64,000 nt of DNA, taken from positions 3,188,338 to 3,252,337 of the forward strand of contig OZ245758.1 in the NCBI GenBank assembly GCA_965227405.1, read 5' to 3'. Each line of letters opens with the position of its first letter. Positions within the stretch are counted from its first letter, which is position 1. The translations under genes were made by a program, and so were the position numbers. Positions 57,279 to 64,000 of the stretch are shown one piece after another. The notes beneath the pieces are model-generated. The model did not search any database. It saw only the letters and a program-made list of their open reading frames with translations, and had not been told where the DNA came from. This stretch comes from Polyangiales bacterium (lineage in GTDB: Bacteria; Myxococcota_A; Polyangia; Polyangiales; Houyiibacteriaceae).

Positions 57279-58243
57279 AGTGCCCGAAGTGTGGTTACGA
57301 CCAACGGCGCAAGTACGGATACACCTGCGGAAACTGTGGGCGACAGTTCGTATTCCAAGAGCGTGGGTCGATCACCGATGGGCAGTTCGCGGCCATCGTT
57401 CGCGCGGTGAGCGGCAACTCGACCTACTTCTACACAGACAACCAACTCTTCGCGCAGTGGTGTCGGCGGTTCCCTCAATCGACCGGCACGTGGCAGGTCG
57501 TGACTGGAAGCATCGCATCCGCCGCTGCGACTGCGGGCTTGCTTCTGTCCGATGCCACGTGGCCTGGGGTCGTCGGCCTAATCGGTGGTGGCCTTGTCCT
57601 GCTGGGCGTGGCGCTCAAACCGACCAGCGCGCCATCGCGAGCGACGATGAAGCTGGCCGCGGATCGTTGGTTGCGCGCTCAGCCCATGCCGAAACGGCTT
57701 TCGAAGCCGAATCTGCACAAGCCGCCTCCAGAGTGGAAAGAAGGAGACGTCTACGACTACGGCGCGGAGAAGATCTTGATCGTGGACGACGACATCCTTG
57801 TGGACTTCTTGGTGATGAACAACGTGCACGCCACAGAGCGTGTGTTGATCGTTTCGCAAACTGGGTACCCCGGCTACGTCGTACCTCTGGTGAAGCGAGT
57901 CTTAGAGGAGCAGCCCTCGGTGCCCGTGTTCTTGCTTCATCGAAGCGGCGAGGCAGGGCGCTTCATGCGACAGCTTGTCCTTCGTCAGGGCATTGACCTT
58001 GCCGAACGTGATGTTTTTGATCTCGGTTGGACGCGTGAGGAGGCGGAACGAATCAAGCGCCTGCGTCCGCTCTTTGTCGCGAACTGGGGTGAGAGCATTC
58101 CTGTTGACCTCTTGCACCCCAAGGCACTCACAGGTGCTCTTGGCGCTGCGATGCGTCACCGTGTTCCCATCGCTGTTCCGCTTGGAGGGAGTAGCGATGC
58201 CGGCGATGTTTCGCTTGTGATGGCGGAGAGCCATTTCGGGTGA
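57275..58243 (+). CDS. Zn-ribbon (CPKCG...CGNCG) membrane protein, hypothetical
   Basis: N-terminal CxxC...CxxC, two hydrophobic helices, and a C-terminal approximately 180-aa domain of unknown family. ATGA overlap with the cupin gene. Confidence 0.45.
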   Translation: MKCPKCGYDQRRKYGYTCGNCGRQFVFQERGSITDGQFAAIVRAVSGNSTYFYTDNQLFAQWCRRFPQSTGTWQVVTGSIASAAATAGLLLSDATWPGVVGLIGGGLVLLGVALKPTSAPSRATMKLAADRWLRAQPMPKRLSKPNLHKPPPEWKEGDVYDYGAEKILIVDDDILVDFLVMNNVHATERVLIVSQTGYPGYVVPLVKRVLEEQPSVPVFLLHRSGEAGRFMRQLVLRQGIDLAERDVFDLGWTREEAERIKRLRPLFVANWGESIPVDLLHPKALTGALGAAMRHRVPIAVPLGGSSDAGDVSLVMAESHFG

Positions 58244-59934
58244 GCGTGCTGTTCGGATTTCTCGGACCACCGTCGCCTGAACTGCGACAACACCTAGCCG
58301 GGATATTGCAGCACCGCGGGGAAGAGTGTCGGTGGATCGAGACACGCTGGGGCTCGATCGGTACCCGAGTCGATTTGAGAGACGACGCAGCAACTGCTCT
58401 CCTCGGACAGCATGGCTCAAACGCGGTTGGTCTCGCGGGACATGTGCTTGGCGATGCACCCGTCACGGATGTGCCTCAACGGCCGCCTTGGCGTGGTGCC
58501 TGGGTCGCCGCCTCCTTGGGTCCGGAGGGACTTGTTCTCGCACGGGATGGTGCGGGGGCGCGTTCGATCTATTGGGGTCGTCTCAAGGACCGCGTCATTT
58601 TCGGTTCTGAGCCCAAGGCTGTGAGCGCTGCACCGGGCTTCGATCGGCGGCTTCGCTTGGGTGGGTTGGCGCAGTACCTCGCGTTCAGTTTCATCCCCGT
58701 TGACGAGACGATCATCGAAGGTGTCTTTGCCGTGGGACCCGGAGAGAGAGTTCACTGCACCGCTGACACAATGAGCAAGCGCCGTTGGTTCGTGTACGAA
58801 GAGAACCCGGAGCGCACGCTCACAGATGGTGAGTGGGTCGAAGAGTTTCGTTCGGTCCACGCCGAAGCGATACGCGAGCGTCTTGTTGGGAGCGCGCCTT
58901 TAGCGTTTCTCTCCGGGGGAATTGACTCCAGCATCGTCGCAGCCGAGTTGCGCGCGCAGGGGGTGGATCCGCTTGATGCGCTCACTGTGCACTTTGGCGA
59001 GGGCTACCCCAGTGAACTCGAGTTTTCGCGGGAGGTGTCGAAGCGACTTGGTGTTCGTGCTCACGAAGTCCTCGTGAACCCTGACAGCTTTGTGCAGCGT
59101 CTCGAAAAGCTGGTGTGGCACTTGGACGATCCGATTGGTGATCCGGTGACGATGCCGAACTTCGAGCTTGCGAGAGAGGCGCGTCGTTTTGGACGCCATG
59201 TGTTCAACGGCGAAGGTGGTGATCCGCTGTTTGGCGGGCCGAAGAACCTGACGATGATGATGCATCACGTCTACGGTGGCGTGCCTCGTCCGAAAGGCTT
59301 TCGGGAGCGAGCGTATCTGTCATCGTACCGCCGCGCGTACAGCGAGCTGCCGTACCTCTTGACCGCCGAGGCGCTGGAGCAGATCAACCCCGAGCAAGAT
59401 CTCGAGTCGGTGTTGACGCCGTTCTTTGAGGATGATCGGTCCATGCTGCACAAGCTCTTGTTGATCAATGCGCGCCTCAAAGGAGCCCGGCTGATTCTCC
59501 CGAAAGTGGAGCGCATGCTCGGTGCCTGGGGGCTGGTGCCGATGTCGCCACTCTTCGACGAGCGCATCATGCGTTTGAGTCAACAGATGCCAGAGCGGCT
59601 CAAACTCTCAGCGGGCATGGAGAAGGTCGTGCTCAAGAAAGCGTATGCGAACAACCTGCCAGAGTCGGTTGTTGCACGCCCGAAGAGTGGAATGAGAGTA
59701 CCAGTGCACTTCTGGTTCGCCGGCGAGATGCAAACCCTCGCACGTGATGTGTTGAGCGAACGGATCGTGAAGTCACAAGGGTTGTTCCGATACGAACGCA
59801 TCCAACAGCTGTTGGACTACGACATTGAAGAGGGTCCAGGGCGGTATGGTCTTCGATTGTGGATGCTGATGACGTTTCAGCTATGGCGACAGACGCTTCT
59901 TGACGCACCTGCAAGCGCGCGGCTCACAGCGTGA
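58240..59934 (+). CDS. Asparagine synthase (AsnB)-like amidotransferase/adenylating protein lacking the N-terminal Cys nucleophile
   Basis: PP-loop LSGGIDSS and the AsnB C-terminal domain pattern. The N-terminus is MSVLFGF (no Cys2). GTGA overlap with the upstream gene. Confidence 0.6.
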   Translation: MSVLFGFLGPPSPELRQHLAGILQHRGEECRWIETRWGSIGTRVDLRDDAATALLGQHGSNAVGLAGHVLGDAPVTDVPQRPPWRGAWVAASLGPEGLVLARDGAGARSIYWGRLKDRVIFGSEPKAVSAAPGFDRRLRLGGLAQYLAFSFIPVDETIIEGVFAVGPGERVHCTADTMSKRRWFVYEENPERTLTDGEWVEEFRSVHAEAIRERLVGSAPLAFLSGGIDSSIVAAELRAQGVDPLDALTVHFGEGYPSELEFSREVSKRLGVRAHEVLVNPDSFVQRLEKLVWHLDDPIGDPVTMPNFELAREARRFGRHVFNGEGGDPLFGGPKNLTMMMHHVYGGVPRPKGFRERAYLSSYRRAYSELPYLLTAEALEQINPEQDLESVLTPFFEDDRSMLHKLLLINARLKGARLILPKVERMLGAWGLVPMSPLFDERIMRLSQQMPERLKLSAGMEKVVLKKAYANNLPESVVARPKSGMRVPVHFWFAGEMQTLARDVLSERIVKSQGLFRYERIQQLLDYDIEEGPGRYGLRLWMLMTFQLWRQTLLDAPASARLTA

Positions 59935-60459
59935 TCAACCGCAGAGCTTCTCGATATCCGCGGTGAACGTGGGGAACTCCGCGTGCGCTGCAGCAACGAC
60001 TTCCGCGGCTGTCTTTTTGCCGTCGGGAAAGTGTTTCGTCGCAAACGCAACGAACGGTTCTTCCGGGTTGGATTCGGGAGGTCCGAACTCTGCGTATTCG
60101 ACCGCTTCTTTGGGTCCGAGCCCGTCGGCAAGCATCCAGCAAAAGTCAGAAAAGTTACACGCGACCATGCCGACTTCGCCCTCGGACCCGAAGAATACGA
60201 GCGGTTGATCGAAGAGCTCTGCGTCCTCACGCACAAGCCAGAATCCCGCAAGACCACCCGAACCGTCGGCGCCGAAGAACCTGTATTCGCTCGCGTCGAG
60301 ATCTTGGTTGCCGGTCCACGCCTTGACCCAGTCTGCGTTCTCTTCGGCGTCTTGGAACCCTTCGTAGGCCTCGAAGTCGATGCCTCCGTCTTCTCGGTAC
60401 TCGAACTCGTGCGAAAGAAGTTCTGCGAGCAGGGGTGGAAACGTGGTCTCGTATGCCAT
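59935..60459 (-). CDS. SMI1/KNR4 (SUKH-1) family protein (immunity-protein-like)
   Basis: 174 aa. YRFFGADGSGGLAGFWLV and the overall SUKH pattern. Start at the internal ATG 60459; the longer ORF-track start is unlikely. Confidence 0.5.
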   Translation of the reverse strand: MAYETTFPPLLAELLSHEFEYREDGGIDFEAYEGFQDAEENADWVKAWTGNQDLDASEYRFFGADGSGGLAGFWLVREDAELFDQPLVFFGSEGEVGMVACNFSDFCWMLADGLGPKEAVEYAEFGPPESNPEEPFVAFATKHFPDGKKTAAEVVAAAHAEFPTFTADIEKLCG

Positions 60460-60552
60460 GCGGGGGAGCGTGGTTGATTCGTAAGAAAATTGCGACACCT
60501 CAGGCGCACGACCGTCGTTCGTAAGCGGGAGAGCTTGTCGGAGGAGAAGTAG

Positions 60553-62121
60553 ATGGACCGAGAACTCGCAAAACTCGTCAAAGAAGGAGATGCCGCCGGA
60601 ATCGCTGTGCATCTCGACGGGCTTCCCAAACGCCCACCCATTCACGATTTGTTGTGGTGCGCCTACTTTGCGAACGAGGCGTGCCAGAAGCTTCTGCTTG
60701 AGGTGGCCACCAAAAAGAAGATCACGCTGCCAAAGAAGAAGAATGCGTGGAAGTGGAACGACGCCCATGCCGCGGCACTCAGTGGCGACCCTGCTGCGAT
60801 TGCAAAAGCGGAGAAACGCGGTGCAGATTTTGAAGCCCTTACGCCATTCGGAACCCCGCTGACGATAGCGATTCGGCTCAAGCACTCGGACTTCGTGCGT
60901 GCGCTCTTGGACACGGGCGTCGACACGACGGCCAAGGTCAAGATGGCGCGTATTGGCGGTGTACGCGTCTTCGGCGGAAACATGTTCATGACCGATGCAA
61001 CACCGTTGGGAGTTGCGTTACGTGTCGCGGACGAAGCCACCACCGCAGTTCTTCTCGAGCACATCAAAGTCGAGCCTGATCACTTGGGTGACGCGGTGCA
61101 GGGCGCGAACGAGACCTTGTTGCGCCGAGTGCTCTCAGATCTGGGCGACGCTGCACCGCTCGAACCGAAGTTGTTCTGGAGCGTGCATGACCCGGCGATC
61201 CTTCCTGTCCTGAAGGAGCACGGGTTCGACCTTTCAAACTTGCCCACAGATACAGGGACCTGGGGCGGATCGGTCTGGTCGTGGTGGGGCTATTATCTCA
61301 AGGGCGGAGAGTCGCGCATCGAGTGTTTCAAGGCTCTGTTTGCCACGGGAGTCAAAGGGACAGCCGCAGGCTTGGGCGATGTGATCAAGGCGAACATTCA
61401 AGGGATTGCGTCCATCGAGATGATCGATCTCTTTCTCGACAATGGTGTCGATCTCTCCGACGAGATGGAGTGGAAGACGGAGGGTTGGGACGACGAGAAC
61501 GACTGCGAGATGAAGGCGCGAGGCTCACTCGCGGAGCGAATGCTAAAAAAGCACACGCTCGAGTTAGTTCAGCACGTCCACAGCAAGGGCGCAGAAATTC
61601 GTCCCACGCGTCCGGATCCAACCTGGCGAGACGCCGACGAAAAGAAGGAATGGTTGGAGAGCCTTGGGCTGATCAAGGAGCTCGATGCTTCGGCGTTTCC
61701 GTTCCTCGACTCGCCAAGCAACGATGAAGTGAAGAAGTTCCTGGCCACGGAAGGCGGGATCTACGGACTCAAGCTCGGCATGAGTCGCGACGCGACCAAG
61801 GGTTGGGATCTCGACGGCGGCGTGATTTCGGTCGACTTCGAGAAGGGCAAGATCGTCTACGTGTACCGTCAGTACTACGAGCCACCGAATGGAACGTTCG
61901 ATGCAATGCAAGAGGCGCTCGTGGCTGTGCATGGCGAACCCAAGAAGAAGGGCAAGAAGCTTGCCTGGGCGGTGCCCGGCGGCTGGATCTCGCTTCGTAA
62001 AGACTTCAACGATGCGGGGCTCACGGTGAGCGTCGACATGCAGTCCGATGAGCCGCCGGAAGACGACTACGACGACGACTACGACGACGACTACGACGAA
62101 GACTACGAAGACGACTACTAA
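60553..62121 (+). CDS. Ankyrin-repeat-like protein with a poly-acidic (DDYDDDY)n tail
   Basis: ANK-like helical repeats (TPLTIAIRLKHSDFVRALLDTGVDTT; ATPLGVALRVADEATTAVLLEH). C-terminus DDYDDDYDDDYDEDYEDDY. Lys-rich and apparently lower GC. Confidence 0.45.
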   Translation: MDRELAKLVKEGDAAGIAVHLDGLPKRPPIHDLLWCAYFANEACQKLLLEVATKKKITLPKKKNAWKWNDAHAAALSGDPAAIAKAEKRGADFEALTPFGTPLTIAIRLKHSDFVRALLDTGVDTTAKVKMARIGGVRVFGGNMFMTDATPLGVALRVADEATTAVLLEHIKVEPDHLGDAVQGANETLLRRVLSDLGDAAPLEPKLFWSVHDPAILPVLKEHGFDLSNLPTDTGTWGGSVWSWWGYYLKGGESRIECFKALFATGVKGTAAGLGDVIKANIQGIASIEMIDLFLDNGVDLSDEMEWKTEGWDDENDCEMKARGSLAERMLKKHTLELVQHVHSKGAEIRPTRPDPTWRDADEKKEWLESLGLIKELDASAFPFLDSPSNDEVKKFLATEGGIYGLKLGMSRDATKGWDLDGGVISVDFEKGKIVYVYRQYYEPPNGTFDAMQEALVAVHGEPKKKGKKLAWAVPGGWISLRKDFNDAGLTVSVDMQSDEPPEDDYDDDYDDDYDEDYEDDY

Positions 62122-62123
62122 TC

Positions 62124-63206
62124 ATGCGCATCGCTCTACTCGGTTGGTTCGTTGTCTTGGGATGCGGGGCGAAGTCGGCGCTGGAGGTCGAGCCAACCGA
62201 AGCGCGCGATGCCACGAGCGACGCTTCAACCGATACCTCAAGCGATGCACCGTTCGATGCATCGATCGACGTCTCTCTTTTCGATGTGCGTCCCGACATC
62301 GCGTTCGATGCCGGGGACGATCCAGCGCGTCCTCCTCGTCGTTGCCGTGAACGACCGCAACCGGTTGATGTGCTTCTGGTTCTCGACAGTAGCGGTTCGA
62401 TGCTGCACGACATTCCAGCGATTGGAGTCGAGGTGCCCGAGCTTCTTCGAAACCTGGTTCAACCGCCTGATCTCGACGGCGACGGGCGTGCCGATTGGGC
62501 GGCTGTAGAGGATTTCCATTTTGCGGTTGCGCTGACCGCAGACGATGGAGAGTTCAATCGTCAAGGAGATCGGGAGCGACCGCGTTGTCTGCCCGGGATT
62601 GAACCCTACGAACCTTGGCAAAGCTATCAGCGAGGCGACGATCTCGATTCGGTGTTGGAGGCGGCATCGTGCACCACTGCACACACCGGACTGGGTCGGG
62701 AAGATCTGATCTCGGTGGCGCTGCAATCGTTGCTTCCGCCCACATCCAGCTATCCCTACCGTCAGTCCGAAGAGCTCTACGCAGAACAAAGCGGATTTCT
62801 GCGCGACGAGAGTGTGTTGGTGATCCTCTTTCTCACCGACGAAGACGACGATTCGGAGTGCACGGGGTTACCCACGGACATGTGCATTGAGCGATGCCGG
62901 GAGTTTCGTGGCGAACGAACCTGCGAGCCTTCACTTGCGACCATGCCTGCACTGATCGATGGGTTTCGAGAACTTGGATCGCGTGAGGTCGTGATGGCTG
63001 GTGTCCTTGGAGTCGCCGAAGACGAAACCGACCCCACGCGAGCACTTGGATGCATGTTGGCCGACAGAGAGGCTGAACCTGCGCCGCGTATGGCGGAACT
63101 TCTCAGCTCCTACGAAGGGGCGCTGTATTCCATCTGCCAGCGAGACTATCGCCGCATTGCACGGGATATCGCAGGACGGGTCGGTGTGCTCGCCTGCGAT
63201 GAGTAG
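62124..63206 (+). CDS. Lipoprotein with a VWA-like domain
   Basis: Lipobox VVLGCGAKS, Asp/Ser-rich linker and LLVLDSSGSM (DxSxS MIDAS). Confidence 0.5.
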   Translation: MRIALLGWFVVLGCGAKSALEVEPTEARDATSDASTDTSSDAPFDASIDVSLFDVRPDIAFDAGDDPARPPRRCRERPQPVDVLLVLDSSGSMLHDIPAIGVEVPELLRNLVQPPDLDGDGRADWAAVEDFHFAVALTADDGEFNRQGDRERPRCLPGIEPYEPWQSYQRGDDLDSVLEAASCTTAHTGLGREDLISVALQSLLPPTSSYPYRQSEELYAEQSGFLRDESVLVILFLTDEDDDSECTGLPTDMCIERCREFRGERTCEPSLATMPALIDGFRELGSREVVMAGVLGVAEDETDPTRALGCMLADREAEPAPRMAELLSSYEGALYSICQRDYRRIARDIAGRVGVLACDE

Positions 63207-63314
63207 CCGTCAGGCGAAGTACGAGTGGAGGAGCCGTCAGGCGAACTACGAGTGGAGGAGCCGTCAGGCGAACTACGAGTGGAGGAGCCGTCAGGCGAAG
63301 TACGAGTGGAGAGC
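63207..63314. repeat. Tandem repeat, 27 bp x 4 (CCGTCAGGCGAA[G/C]TACGAGTGGAGGAG)
   Basis: Four near-identical head-to-tail copies that fill the gap between the convergent stop codons at 63206 and 63314. Confidence 0.9.
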
Positions 63315-64000
63315 TAGGGGCACATTAACGTCACGGGCGCGACGTTTCGGGTCAGTGTTCCATCGCGTTGGAGATAGCGAATGGCGCCCATGTTGATTTC
63401 CGTGGATGAACAGCTGGTCATCGCGGCCACGTTCGTTGCGGTGACGCCGCCCGTGAACGTGGGCTCGGTCGCGACGTTGCCAACACCCTGGCCCCAACAG
63501 AGCAGGCTGTTGTCGTCCATGATTGCGCATGCGCTCAGGTAGTTCACCTCGAGCCGTCGAACACCAGAGATCGCTGCATCTGTGGTGTCGATGACTTGAA
63601 CAGGCGAGAGTTCGCAGAAGTTGATGCAGCCGTCGCTTTCGCCTGCGAGATCTTCGGTGTAGCCCAGCCGACCCGCGCCGCTTGATCCCCAACAAAACAC
63701 GGTGTCGCCCGACCGAGCGCAGCTGAAGTCCGCACCGACGCCAATCTCATCGGCAGTCACATCTCCGGGAAGCGTTACCGCCGTGGGGTACTGACGTAGG
63801 ACCGCGTCACCCAAACCAAGTGGGCCCCCAACGTTCATGCCCCAACACGAGACCTGCCCACTTGAGTTGAGTGCGCACGCGTGACGAGTTCCGAGCGAGA
63901 TCTGCGAGATGCCGGTCAGGGGCACGCCATCCGACGCCTGCAGTTGGGTGGCGAATGCCCGAGTGCCGACACTGCCTAGCGTATAGAAGCTGCCGCCGCC
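63314..64000 (-). CDS. RCC1-repeat (beta-propeller) protein, C-terminal part (the gene continues beyond the window end)
   Basis: RCC1 signatures (HACALNSSGQVSCWGMNVGG, TVFCWGSSGAGRLG, NSLLCWGQGVGN). The frame is open to position 64000. Confidence 0.6.
   Translation of the reverse strand, partial: GGGSFYTLGSVGTRAFATQLQASDGVPLTGISQISLGTRHACALNSSGQVSCWGMNVGGPLGLGDAVLRQYPTAVTLPGDVTADEIGVGADFSCARSGDTVFCWGSSGAGRLGYTEDLAGESDGCINFCELSPVQVIDTTDAAISGVRRLEVNYLSACAIMDDNSLLCWGQGVGNVATEPTFTGGVTATNVAAMTSCSSTEINMGAIRYLQRDGTLTRNVAPVTLMCP

Noticed and set aside
63207-63314. Possible CRISPR array
   Set aside because: The repeats are contiguous with no spacers (27-bp head-to-tail copies). Not a CRISPR.
63001-63396. 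131-aa plus-strand ORF translating the tandem repeat as QAKYEWRSRQANYEWRSRQ...
   Set aside because: Frame created by the repeat itself. It overlaps the end of the VWA gene and the RCC1 gene on the other strand.

Overview
High-GC (roughly 65-70% by eye) chromosomal segment that looks Myxococcota-like: many lipoproteins with a 'CGDD'-type lipobox, Asp/Pro-rich linkers and MYXO-CTERM-like C-terminal tails. Gene density is high and many neighbours are translationally coupled (ATGA/GTGA/TGATG stop-start overlaps). Recognisable housekeeping genes: a 6-phosphofructokinase, rpsU, metF, an MsbA-like ABC exporter, an RRM RNA-binding protein, gloA, slyD, an acyl-CoA dehydrogenase, lipA, and a 2-oxoacid dehydrogenase E1a/E1b/E2 operon (cf. 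the Myxococcus esg/bkd locus) that runs on through four more coupled genes into an asparagine-synthase-like protein. Accessory content is rich. It includes a tandem pair of giant (about 1490 and 1600 aa) paralogous secreted alpha-2-macroglobulin-like proteins with MG2 domains, and a four-gene coupled operon of lipoprotein, two di-heme cytochrome-c-peroxidase/MauG-like lipoproteins and a HugZ-like protein. There is also a cluster of eukaryote-like extracellular proteins: a Cys-rich repeat lipoprotein, a lipoprotein with five tandem Sushi/CCP domains plus an EGF-like module, and a CAP/PR-1 domain protein with MYXO-CTERM. A minus-strand operon encodes a PEGA/TPR protein, a Cys-rich lipoprotein, a Ser/Thr kinase with a Met-rich ectodomain tail and a DUF971 protein. 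An apparently lower-GC islet (about 57.3-63.3 kb) carries an orphan SMI1/KNR4 (SUKH) immunity-like gene, an ankyrin-like protein with a poly-acidic tail and a VWA lipoprotein, and ends in a 27-bp x4 tandem repeat. Non-coding DNA holds several distinct repeat families: REP/MITE-like inverted-repeat elements at about 8.05-8.2 kb and 23.1-23.3 kb that share a recurring 15-mer GTCCGCGAAGCTGTT (5 intergenic copies); long GGAA/TTCC polypurine-polypyrimidine hairpins in two promoter regions (3.09-3.37 kb and 49.14-49.22 kb); a 30-bp-armed inverted repeat at 48.0-48.16 kb; and a conserved 28-bp G-tract motif upstream of two unrelated operons. No rRNA, tRNA or CRISPR array was recognised. All calls are from reading the sequence; no database search was possible.
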